Shown: positions 40,261 to 50,935 of the stretch, piece after piece
Layout of the letters: the number at the start of each line of letters is the position of its first letter
Numbering within the stretch: the stretch's first letter is position 1
Assembly (NCBI GenBank): GCA_963841435.1
Contig: CAWJCS010000006.1
Span: 224,001-288,000, forward strand
Length of the DNA stretch: 64,000 nt
Direction: 5' to 3'
Source: an uncultured delta proteobacterium
GTDB lineage: Bacteria > Myxococcota_A > Polyangia > Polyangiales > Polyangiaceae
Notes under the pieces: model-generated
Seen by the model: the letters and a program-made list of their open reading frames with translations, nothing else
Told to the model about the DNA's origin: nothing
Databases searched by the model: none
Program-made: the position numbers and the translations under genes

Positions 40261-42852
40261 TCATCCGGAGGGCAGCGTGCTCGGCGTGTAGCGGCGCCCG
40301 AGCAGCCCGGGGATCTCCTGCGGGGCGACGGGCTTCGAGATCAGATAGCCCTGGATCTCGTCGCACTTGAGGAGCCGGAGGAATCGAGCCTGCTCGCGGG
40401 TTTCAACGCCTTCGGCGATGACGTCGAGCTCGAGCGCATGGGCGAGCGAGATGATGGTGGTCACGATCGAGGTGCTCTGCGGATTTTCAACCATCTGCAG
40501 CACGAACGAGCGGTCGATCTTGAGCGCGTCGATCGGGAGGCTCGCAAGGTACGAGAGCGAAGAATACCCCGTCCCGAAATCGTCGATCGCAACCCGCAGC
40601 CCGAGGTCCCTGGCGGTGGCGAGCTTCGCGACACTGCCGGCGAGGTCGTCCACGAACACGCTCTCGGTGATCTCGATATCGATGCCCGCGGCGTCGTGCG
40701 GGTAGAGCGAAAGCACGTGCTCCACGCGTGCGACGAAATCGGGCGCCCCCAGCTGAAGTCCCGAGACGTTCACTGCGATGCGGGGGACCCTCACGCCGGC
40801 GGTTTGCCAATCGGCATACTGCCGCGCAGCGCGCTCGAGCACCCATCGACCGACCTCGCGGATGAGACCGGTCTCCTCGAGTACGGGGATGAACTGCCCC
40901 GGGGACACCATGGCTCCGCCCTCCTCTGCCCAGCGGATGAGCGCTTCGAGGCCGACGATCTGGCCTGATTTCAGATCGACCTTGGGTTGATAGTGGAGAT
41001 CGAACTCCTCCCGCGCGACGGCCCGGCGCAGCCTGGTCTCGAGCGAGAGCTGCTCGGCGACGCGGGCGTTCATCGTCGGTGCGTAAAAACCGTAGGGTTG
41101 TAGGCTCGCCTTGGCGCTCTTCAAGGCGGCCTCCGCGCTTGCGAGGAGGACCTCGGCTCGGTCGCCGTCCGTCGGGAACATGGCTACTCCCGCACGCGTC
41201 GCAACGCTCACCTCGTGCCCGGCGATCAAGAATGCTTCTTTGAATACGCCCGGCAGGTCGTTGTCGACGACCGAACCCACGGACGTTTCACTCTCGAGTG
41301 CGGGCAAGACCAGTGCAAAGACGTTCCCGTCGAAGCGGGCCACGGTGCCAAGGCCGTCGAGCGCCTCGAGCCTGCGCGCGACCTGGATCAGCAGCTCGTC
41401 GCCGCCGCCGCGCCCGAGCGCGTCGTTGAGCTGACGGAATCGGCCGAGGTCCACCAGGACGAGCGCGAGCTGCTGCGCGCTTCGCTCGTGCAAGATCAAC
41501 TGCTGTGAGATCCTATCGAGCAGGAGCCTGCGATTCGGCAAGCCCGTGAGCGCGTCGTGGAAGGACAGAAACTCGACCTGCTGGCGCTTGTCGATGTGAT
41601 CGAGCGCCAGCGAGACGCTGCTCGCCGTTTCGCCAACGAGCTTGAGCACCTCGTCCTCGAAGAAGAAGGCGTCGCGCGCGAAAAGGAGCAGGCTCCGCCC
41701 GCCGCTCGCCCCACGGTGCAGCGGAAAGGCCACCATCGCGCCTAAACCCTGCTCCAGCATCGTTGAACGCAACGCAAAGTCACCCACCGCCTGTAGGTCG
41801 TCCATGACCATGCGGAGCTCGGTGGAATTTTCCAGTCCAGGAACGCTGGCCCAGACGGCCCCGATCACATCCAGCACCGCCTGGTGCGAGACGCCATCGG
41901 CAGCTGCGCGCGACAGGACGTGCGTTCCGGCCACGCCCACCTCCATCACGGCCGCTGCGGCGAGCTCGCCGACGCCGACCGCGACCCTACAAACCTCGCT
42001 GACGAGCTCCGACGGTTCGGAGAGACGGACGATGGCAGCGTTCACGCTGCTCATCAATGCTCGCATCTTGCCGATCCTGACGGCCCGTTCTTCTTCGGCG
42101 CGGCGTTGCGTCACATCGCGCGTGACGCCGACCAGGCCGATGACCGTACCGCCGACCCCGCGAATGGCCGCCTTGCTCTCCGACAGCCAGCGCTCTGCGC
42201 CCCTGCAGCGCAGCTTGCGTGTGACGTCGGAGATCGAGGTCTCCTGCTCGATGAGCGCGCGCTCGGCTTTCTCGGTGGCCTCCGCGTCGGCACCATCGTC
42301 GACGAGGTCTCCCAGCGACCGTCCGAGGACGTCCGACACCCCGGAGCCGAATAGCGTGCCGAACGCGCGGTTGGCGCGCCGGAACCGCAGCTCGAGATCC
42401 TTGAAGTAGATACCGTCGGGAATGTTATCCATGAGGTCATGGAGTAGCTGCCGCTCCTCGGAGAGCTCCTTTGCCAGGTGATAGTGTTCGGCCGCGCGGC
42501 TCACCTTGAGCCTGAGGTCCTCGCGTTCCCACGGCTTCGAGACGTATGCGAAGAGGCGCCCGTCGTTCACCGCACGAACGATTGCGGCGAGATCGGCGTA
42601 ACCGGTTAGCAGGATGCGGGTCGCCGAAGAACGATCGGCAGCCCGCGCAATGAGCTCGTCGCCGCTCATGCGAGGCATCCGCTGGTCGGTCATCACGACG
42701 GCGAGCTCGGGCTCCTGCTCGACGATGTGCAGCGCGCGTTCCGCCGAGCCTGCGCTGACCACCCGGAACTGCTCCGAAAGTAGGTCCTCGAGCGCCACGA
42801 GCACCTGTGGCTCGTCGTCCACGACCAGAACGAGATCCTTGGCAGTGCCCAT
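40261..42852 (-). CDS. REC-PAS-GAF-GGDEF(degenerate)-EAL protein
   Basis: DALTGLPNR; DGNVF in place of GGDEF; EALIRW, DDFGTGYSS. Confidence 0.92.
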   Translation of the reverse strand: MGTAKDLVLVVDDEPQVLVALEDLLSEQFRVVSAGSAERALHIVEQEPELAVVMTDQRMPRMSGDELIARAADRSSATRILLTGYADLAAIVRAVNDGRLFAYVSKPWEREDLRLKVSRAAEHYHLAKELSEERQLLHDLMDNIPDGIYFKDLELRFRRANRAFGTLFGSGVSDVLGRSLGDLVDDGADAEATEKAERALIEQETSISDVTRKLRCRGAERWLSESKAAIRGVGGTVIGLVGVTRDVTQRRAEEERAVRIGKMRALMSSVNAAIVRLSEPSELVSEVCRVAVGVGELAAAAVMEVGVAGTHVLSRAAADGVSHQAVLDVIGAVWASVPGLENSTELRMVMDDLQAVGDFALRSTMLEQGLGAMVAFPLHRGASGGRSLLLFARDAFFFEDEVLKLVGETASSVSLALDHIDKRQQVEFLSFHDALTGLPNRRLLLDRISQQLILHERSAQQLALVLVDLGRFRQLNDALGRGGGDELLIQVARRLEALDGLGTVARFDGNVFALVLPALESETSVGSVVDNDLPGVFKEAFLIAGHEVSVATRAGVAMFPTDGDRAEVLLASAEAALKSAKASLQPYGFYAPTMNARVAEQLSLETRLRRAVAREEFDLHYQPKVDLKSGQIVGLEALIRWAEEGGAMVSPGQFIPVLEETGLIREVGRWVLERAARQYADWQTAGVRVPRIAVNVSGLQLGAPDFVARVEHVLSLYPHDAAGIDIEITESVFVDDLAGSVAKLATARDLGLRVAIDDFGTGYSSLSYLASLPIDALKIDRSFVLQMVENPQSTSIVTTIISLAHALELDVIAEGVETREQARFLRLLKCDEIQGYLISKPVAPQEIPGLLGRRYTPSTLPSG

Positions 42853-43046
42853 GGTAACCACCCTTCAATCCGAGCAATCCGAGCCCAAATCCTAGCACGA
42901 CCATCGCGTATAGGTGACGGGGCGCCCCCTCGTTGACACGCTGAAGAAGAGACACCTATCATCCCACGGTTATCCGGAGAAAAAACGCAGGCTCAGCGGG
43001 CGGCGCGCAGGTTTGGGGCTGCTCGAAGGCGTGGGCGAGGGCGCTC

Positions 43047-44222
43047 GTGGTTGTCGTCTGCTTGCTTGGTAGCTCGCAAGCGGCGGCGCAGGACAGTGGT
43101 GCCGAAGTGCCCTGGGTCGAAGTGCACGGCTTCGTCAGCCAGGGGTTCATCCTGAGCAGTCGCAACAATTACCTCGCGAGGTCGCGCCGCGGCAGCTTCG
43201 AGTTCGCCGAGGTCGGGCTCAACGTGACGAAGAACGTCACGGACGATTTCCGCATCGGCATGCAACTCTTCACGCGGGACCTGGGGCCCGTCGGCAACTA
43301 CAAACCACAGTTCGATTGGTTTTATCTCGACTATCGTTTCCGCGACTGGTTCGGCATCCGGGCCGGTCGGACCAAGCTGCCGTTCGGCCTGTACAACGAG
43401 GATAGCGATACCGACTCCGCGCGCGTGCCGATCCTACTTCCTCAGTCGCTCTACCCGACCGGCAATCGCGACGTGCTGCTCGCCCAGACCGGCGGTGAGG
43501 TTTACGGCTATGTGCCCCTCGGAGCCGTCGGTGCCTTCGACTACCGCCTGTACGGCGGGACCATCTTCATCGACGACACCCTCCTCGCCTCACCTGCGGC
43601 GACCGTGACGCGCGTCGATATTCCGTACATCTTCGGCGGCCGGGGCATGTGGGTCACGCCGCTCGACGGGCTGCGTGTCGGCGGCAGCGTGCAGGCGCTC
43701 CGGATCGAGATCGACTACCAGCTGAGCCCCGCCACCGTAGCCGCGCTCCAGATGGCCGGGCAGCTGCCGACGCCCTTCGGAGGGACGTTCGCGTATCGGT
43801 TGCCCTACCTGCTCGGGGTGGGATCGCTCGAATACGCGGCCCACGATCTTCTCCTGGCCGCTGAATACTCGCGCTGGCACACCTCGTATTCCACGGACCC
43901 CAAGGTCGTACCCGACGGCCACGTCACGGCAACCCGCTGGTACGTGATGACGTCCTACCACGTGGCGCCCTGGTTCACCCCCGGCGCGTACTACTCCGCG
44001 TACGACAACGGGAGCTACGGCCCAAGGCTCCGCAACACGTATCAGCACGATCTCGCTGTGACCGCACGTTACGACTTGACCGACAACTGGCTCGTCAAGC
44101 TCGAAGGGCACTACATGCGCGGCACGCTCGGGCTTTCGAGCGAGCTGAACTCGGGCGAGAAGACGGCGCTTCTGGCGCGTGAGTGGGGCGTTTTTTTGAT
44201 CAAGACCACGGCCTATTTTTGA
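43047..44222 (+). CDS. Outer-membrane beta-barrel (porin-like) protein
   Basis: Signal peptide, VHGFVSQG, GRTKLPFGLYNE, alternating aromatic strands, C-terminal Phe. Confidence 0.8.
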   Translation: MVVVCLLGSSQAAAQDSGAEVPWVEVHGFVSQGFILSSRNNYLARSRRGSFEFAEVGLNVTKNVTDDFRIGMQLFTRDLGPVGNYKPQFDWFYLDYRFRDWFGIRAGRTKLPFGLYNEDSDTDSARVPILLPQSLYPTGNRDVLLAQTGGEVYGYVPLGAVGAFDYRLYGGTIFIDDTLLASPAATVTRVDIPYIFGGRGMWVTPLDGLRVGGSVQALRIEIDYQLSPATVAALQMAGQLPTPFGGTFAYRLPYLLGVGSLEYAAHDLLLAAEYSRWHTSYSTDPKVVPDGHVTATRWYVMTSYHVAPWFTPGAYYSAYDNGSYGPRLRNTYQHDLAVTARYDLTDNWLVKLEGHYMRGTLGLSSELNSGEKTALLAREWGVFLIKTTAYF

Positions 44223-44232
44223 GGATGCCAGC

Positions 44233-44730
44233 ATGCGCTCGGGAGCCGGTGACCGTCATCCTCTCGTCTTCGTTCGAAGCGGCGGGGTATCGCGAAGGAT
44301 CGTGCTCGCTGGACCTTGGCTGTGCCTGCTGTCGTGGACGGAGCCAGTGGCAGCCGACCGTGCGACCACGACGTTCGTCGTCGTTGCGAATCGGGGCGTG
44401 TCCGTGGCCGTCGTGGAACGCACGTTCCTGGCGGACGCATTCTTGAAGAACCGCACGCGCTGGCCGAGCGACGACCCGATTCGGCCGGTCGATCAGAGCT
44501 ACGACTCGCCCGTGCGAAAGGCATTCAGCGAGGCCGTCCTCAAGCGCTCGGTGGCCGCCGTCAAGAACTACTGGCAACAGCGCATCTTCTCCGGCCGCGG
44601 CGTGCCGCCGCCTGCGCTCGATGGGGATGCCGCCGTGATCGACTACGTGGCGTCGCACGGGGGTTCCGTCGGTTACGTGTCGGCCGGTGCGGCGCTCGGC
44701 GAGACGAGGGTGCTCACGGTGAAGGGGTAG
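44233..44730 (+). CDS. Short periplasmic-binding-protein-like (PstS-like) protein
   Basis: VVVANRGV...YWQQRIFSGRGVPP...VIDYVASHGGSVGYV. Confidence 0.8.
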   Translation: MRSGAGDRHPLVFVRSGGVSRRIVLAGPWLCLLSWTEPVAADRATTTFVVVANRGVSVAVVERTFLADAFLKNRTRWPSDDPIRPVDQSYDSPVRKAFSEAVLKRSVAAVKNYWQQRIFSGRGVPPPALDGDAAVIDYVASHGGSVGYVSAGAALGETRVLTVKG

Positions 44731-44737
44731 CGGCGTC

Positions 44738-47700
44738 ATGCAGCTTTCCTTGCGCGCGAAGCTGATGTCGATCGTCGGGGCGACGACGGTGGCCTTCGTG
44801 GCGCTCTTGGCCGTCGAAACCTGGCTGGGCGTTCGTCAGGCGGAAGATCTCGACAACGTCGAACGGCGCATGGTGCCGAAGCTCGAGCTCGGGCCGCGGG
44901 TCGAGGCGTCGTTCGCGCGACTCCGCCAGAACATGCAGGATGCCGTGGCAGCACAGGATGCGGTCGCGCTCGACGACACGATCCGGCAACGCGGCGAGCT
45001 AATCGGCACTCTGTCCGCGGGAGACGCCCTCCCCGCCGGTGATGCCGCGCGGCTCCGGCACGCGATCGTTTCCTACCACGAGGCCGCGTACGCCGCGTCA
45101 CGTCGCCTGCTTCGCGGTGAGAGCGGCGAAGCCATGGTCAACGCGCTGGCGGCCATGCAGGTCAAGCAGCGGGCGACCGAAGAGCTGATCCGGCGCACCA
45201 CGCGTCTCGATCGGGGGGAACTTGCTGGCGGCTTCGCAGCCATCCGAGCGGGCGTTGCCTCGAGGACGCGGTACCTGCTGCTGATCGGTGCACTCAGTCT
45301 GGCGCTCGTGCTCGCGCTCGCGAGCTGGGTCGGCCGGGGCATGCTCCGGACTCTCGGCGACATGTCCCGTGGCGTCTCGCGCTTTGCCACCGGTGACTTC
45401 AAGGAATCGATCCCCGTCACGACAGAGGACGAGCTCGGCCAGTTGGCCAAGGAGGCCAATCAGATGGCTCGCAGCCTGCAGCGTTCGGCGTGGCTCAAGG
45501 GCAGCCTTGCAGCGCTCTCGGACGAGTTGCGCGGGGAGCTCGAGCCCGCAGACGCAGCCGCGCGGGTGATTACCTTCCTCTGCCGGCAACTCGAGGCCGT
45601 CGCGGGGCTCCTCTATCTCGAGAAAGCCGGCGTGTTGAACCCCGCGGCGACGTATGCACGGAGCACGGAACGAGGCCTCCCGGCGCCGAGCTTCGCGCAT
45701 GGCGAGGGCCTGCCGGGTGAAGCGGCTCTGAGAAACGAAATCACCGTCGTCGCCGACCCGCCCGGGGCTTACCTCACGGTTCGCTCCGGCGTCGGTGGGG
45801 CCCCGCCCCGCGCGCTCGTCTTCGTGCCCGTGAAACGCTCGGAAAAGACGCTGGCCGTGATCGAGCTGGCCTTGTTTGCGCCGCTCCGCAACGATGCGCG
45901 CGAGCTCCTCGAGTCAGCTCGCGAGATGATCGGCATCGCGATCGACGTGGCGCGCTCGCGCGCCGAGTTGCGCGCCCTCCTGGAGCGCTCCCAGAAACAA
46001 ACGGAGCTCCTGGGCGCCCAAGAAGAGGAGCTCGTGGCCAACAATCGGGAGCTCGCCGAGCAGCAGGAGGAGCTGCGCCGCGCCAACGAGGAGCTCGAGC
46101 TGCAACGGCGGGCGCTGAGCGAACAGAATGCGGAGCTCGAGGAAGCTCGGGAGACGCTGATTGCAAAGGCGAACGAGCTTTCTCGCGTCAGCAGCTACAA
46201 GTCGCAGTTCCTCTCGAACATGTCGCACGAGCTTCGCACGCCCCTCAACAGCATGCTGCTGCTTTCGCACTTGCTTTCCGAGAACGAGGGGAAGAACCTA
46301 ACTGACAAGCAGATCGAGTTCGCGAAGTCCATCCACGGAGCGGGTACCGACCTGCTCGGCCTGATCAATCAGGTGCTCGATCTTGCCAAGATCGAGGCCG
46401 GCCATGAGTCGGTCAACGTGACCGGCGTCGTGCTCGAGGACGTACTGACCAGTCTGAGGCGCCTCTTCGATCCGCTCGCCCAGAACAAGGATCTCGAGCT
46501 CACCCTCGAGGCAGAAACCGGCGCCCCCGCTCACATCGAGACCGATCGGCAGCGCCTCGAGGGCATTCTGGTGAACTTGCTCGGCAACGCCATCAAGTTT
46601 ACCGGGGCGGGCAGCGTTAGACTGCGCGTCTTCAGTCCCCGACCGCCGCTCCCCGAAGGCCTGAAGGAGGGGACGACGCTTGCTTTCAGCGTGTCGGACA
46701 CCGGCATCGGCATCGACGAGGCGATGCGCGAGCGGGTGTTTTCGCCCTTCGAGCAGGGCGATACGCGAGCTGTCCGAAGCTACGGGGGCACTGGGCTTGG
46801 GCTCGCTATCGCCCGCGAGTCGGCCCGGCTATTGGGCGGCGAGCTTGTTCTCGAAGGGTCCAACGGAATCGGCAGCACTTTCACCTGTTACCTGCCGGAG
46901 CGCTACGAGGGCGTCACGCGCGTCGAGCCCGCTCCGGGCGAACCGGGTCGCCGACCCGCCTCCGACGACCGAGCGAGCCTCCGCCCTGCGGACCCGTATC
47001 TACTCGTCGTGGAGGACGACCCCCTGTTCGCCGAGCAGCTCGTCGAGCTCATCCACACGCGACGCTTCCGTGCCGTGGTGGCAGCGACCGGCGGCCACGC
47101 GCTCGAGCTTGCACAACGGCATCCGCCGCGGGGCGTGCTGCTCGACGTGAAGCTACCCGACATCGACGGCTGGACGGTGATGGAGCGGTTGCGTGACGAC
47201 GCCCGCACCCGTTCCGTGCCCGTTCACTTCATCTCGGGCGTCGACACGCCAGGGCGCGCGCTTTCGCTCGGGGCGGTGGGCTATCTGCGCAAGCCTGCAT
47301 CGAAGGACGATCTCGTGGCCGCCATCCGGACGCTGACGCGACCACCGGCCCTGGAGACGGCCAGGGTTCTGGTCGTCGAGGACGACCCGTCCGCGGGCAA
47401 CTCGCTGGTCGAGCTTTTGCGCAGCGCGTCGATGGACGCAACGCACGTCACGAGCGCCGCTGCGACGATCGACGCGCTCACCAACGAGCGTTTCGGCTGC
47501 GTGGTGCTCGACCTCGGCCTCCCCGACATGGACGGTCTTGGCTTGCTCGAGATACTTCGTGAACGCGGCGACCTCGTGACGCCGCCTGTCGTGGTTCACA
47601 CGGGTCGCGCTCTGACCCGTGAGGAGACGCGCCGCATAGAGCGCTACGCAGATGCCGTCGTCCTGAAAGATGGTAGCTCCGCCGAACGCCTGCTCGACGA

Positions 47701-48166
47701 AGTTCGGCTATTCGTCCTCCACTTGAAGGATTCGAACGGAGGTGCGATCAGCGTGGCAGGCGACGTGCTTCCCGAGATCTCCCTCAAAGGCACCCACATT
47801 CTGCTGGCGGATGACGACATGCGCACCGTCTACGCCGTTTCGGCTTTGTTGCGCGGCAAGGGTGCCGAAGTCCTCGTCGCCGAGAACGGGCGCGAGGCGC
47901 TGGAGGCGCTGGCCGCTCACCCGACTCTAGGTGTCATCCTGATGGACATCATGATGCCCGAGATGGATGGCTACGAGGCGCTTCGACGGCTGCGTGCGGA
48001 CGCTCGTTTCGCAAAGATCCCGGCCATTGCGCTCACGGCGAAGGCCATGAAGGGAGAGAGAGCGCGCTGCCTCGAAGCGGGCGCGACCGAGTACCTCACC
48101 AAGCCCGTTGACCCGGCTCGCCTGCTGACTCTACTCAAGGCCTGTCTGGAGAGCACGTCCGCGTGA
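44738..48166 (+). CDS. Hybrid sensor kinase TM-HAMP-GAF-coiled coil-HisKA-HATPase-REC x3
   Basis: EDELGQLA, FLSNMSHELRTPLN, GGTGLGLAI; three receiver domains. Confidence 0.95.
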   Translation: MQLSLRAKLMSIVGATTVAFVALLAVETWLGVRQAEDLDNVERRMVPKLELGPRVEASFARLRQNMQDAVAAQDAVALDDTIRQRGELIGTLSAGDALPAGDAARLRHAIVSYHEAAYAASRRLLRGESGEAMVNALAAMQVKQRATEELIRRTTRLDRGELAGGFAAIRAGVASRTRYLLLIGALSLALVLALASWVGRGMLRTLGDMSRGVSRFATGDFKESIPVTTEDELGQLAKEANQMARSLQRSAWLKGSLAALSDELRGELEPADAAARVITFLCRQLEAVAGLLYLEKAGVLNPAATYARSTERGLPAPSFAHGEGLPGEAALRNEITVVADPPGAYLTVRSGVGGAPPRALVFVPVKRSEKTLAVIELALFAPLRNDARELLESAREMIGIAIDVARSRAELRALLERSQKQTELLGAQEEELVANNRELAEQQEELRRANEELELQRRALSEQNAELEEARETLIAKANELSRVSSYKSQFLSNMSHELRTPLNSMLLLSHLLSENEGKNLTDKQIEFAKSIHGAGTDLLGLINQVLDLAKIEAGHESVNVTGVVLEDVLTSLRRLFDPLAQNKDLELTLEAETGAPAHIETDRQRLEGILVNLLGNAIKFTGAGSVRLRVFSPRPPLPEGLKEGTTLAFSVSDTGIGIDEAMRERVFSPFEQGDTRAVRSYGGTGLGLAIARESARLLGGELVLEGSNGIGSTFTCYLPERYEGVTRVEPAPGEPGRRPASDDRASLRPADPYLLVVEDDPLFAEQLVELIHTRRFRAVVAATGGHALELAQRHPPRGVLLDVKLPDIDGWTVMERLRDDARTRSVPVHFISGVDTPGRALSLGAVGYLRKPASKDDLVAAIRTLTRPPALETARVLVVEDDPSAGNSLVELLRSASMDATHVTSAAATIDALTNERFGCVVLDLGLPDMDGLGLLEILRERGDLVTPPVVVHTGRALTREETRRIERYADAVVLKDGSSAERLLDEVRLFVLHLKDSNGGAISVAGDVLPEISLKGTHILLADDDMRTVYAVSALLRGKGAEVLVAENGREALEALAAHPTLGVILMDIMMPEMDGYEALRRLRADARFAKIPAIALTAKAMKGERARCLEAGATEYLTKPVDPARLLTLLKACLESTSA

Positions 48167-48989
48167 GCGTCGAGGACGAGCCCGAACGGATCGAAGTCGA
48201 GTTGCTCCTCGAGGCAATCAAGCGCCGGTACGGTTACGATCTGGCTCAATACGTGCCCGGCTCGATGGTGCGCAGGGTGCGCGCCGCCCTCGCTCGGTCT
48301 GGGCTCGAGCACCTGGGCAACGTCCAGCATCGGCTGCTGCACGACCCCGAGTGGTTTTCCTCGTTGCTCGACCAGCTCACCGTCCAGGTCAGCGAGATGT
48401 TTCGGGATCCGGGCTTTTATCGGTTTTTTCGCGAGCGGGTCGTGCCGCTGCTTCGCACCTACCCGGAGCTTCGATTCTGGCACGCGGGGTGCTCGTCCGG
48501 TGAGGAGGTGTACGCGAGCGCGATCCTGCTCGAGGAAGCGGGCCTTTACGATCGAACGCAGATCTACGCCACGGACCTCAGTGCCCGAGCCGTCGCGTTG
48601 GCGAAAGAGGGTGTCTACGCTGCAAACGTCGCGACGAGCTTCGGGAACAATTACGAGCGCTCGGGCGGCTCCGCGCGCTTTTCCGACTACTATTCGGTCG
48701 CGTATGGCCGCATCGCCATGCGTGACGCATTGAAGCGGAACATCGTCTTCTTCCAGCACAATCTCACGCAGGATCACGCCATCGGAGAAATGAACGTCAT
48801 TTTCTGCCGCAATGTGCTCTTCTATTTCGAGAAAGGACCGCGTCGCCGGGTGCTCGAAGTGCTCGCCAACAGCCTCTGCCGCGGCGGCTTCCTGTGCCTC
48901 GGGGCGACAGAGTCGGCGCCCGACCTCGCGGCGGGGACGCTTGTGGAGCTCGCGCCGGGCGAGCGCATCTTCCGTCGCGTCGGGGTCGC

Positions 48990-48993
<4 letters not shown>
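48163..48993 (+). CDS. cheR: CheR-family protein-glutamate methyltransferase
   Basis: SEMFRDP, WHAGCSSGEEVY, YATDLS, IFCRNVL, LCLGATES. Confidence 0.93.
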
Positions 48994-50234
<1,241 letters not shown>

Positions 50235-50263
50235 CGTTCGTGCAAAAGCCTTGCTGTAGACGG

Positions 50264-50460
50264 TCACGCCGTGACTGGAAACGCTGAGCCCTCTCCTCGC
50301 TTTACCGTGCGCGCCGGCCTTCCCTTTCGCCTCCGCGCGACCGATCCCCGGTCACTGGTGAGCACGGACCGGGTTCGTGTCACCCTGCCACCCGGATTGC
50401 GGCTCCGATCCTCCTCAGACGGCCTACTCCGCTCTCGTGCAGACCTGGACGCATCGGTTC
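50264..50460 (-). mobile_element. Possible orphan non-coding end of an IS110-family element
   Basis: Minus strand CCAGTGACCG...GGGAAGGCCGGCGCGCACGGTAAAGCGAGGAGAGGGCTC resembles my recollection of IS110 leaders; unverified. Confidence 0.3.
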
Positions 50461-50601
50461 CTCGTCCGCCTGGAGCGACGAAACAGCACACCACCGAGAG
50501 CCACGAGGGCGAGCCAGGGGGATGCGGTCCCGGGCGTGGACGGGCGCGCCAGGCTGCACCGCTTTCGCTGTCGGCGGACGAAGGAGCCGTACAACGCCCA
50601 G

Positions 50602-50750
50602 CGAGCAACGGGAGTTGGAGGAGTTGGTGCGGAGGCGGACGGCGCGGGCCGGGCACGTCCGTAGAGCGCGGGTCGTGCTGTTGGCAGCGCAGGGTGTGAC
50701 GTGAACGTGGGGCTCCACGTGGAGGCGCTAGGGGTGAGCGTGCAGCGGTG
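50602..50750 (+). mobile_element. IS630-family transposase N-terminal remnant
   Basis: EQRELEELVRRRTARAGHVRRARVVLLAAQG, then stop. Confidence 0.65.
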
Positions 50751-50935
50751 AGGGCCGGCACTTTCGCCCTCTGCCTCCCTCCGGCGATCTGGTCGAACAT
50801 CATTTTTTCTGCCCCTTGCCATGACGTTCGGCCGGGCGGGGGGTGCGCCGGAACAGCGGCGGTATTGGGCCGACTTGCTGTGCGCGTCGTACCGTCCTTG
50901 CCCGAGGCCCCGTTATCGGGGAACCTGGAGTCTTG

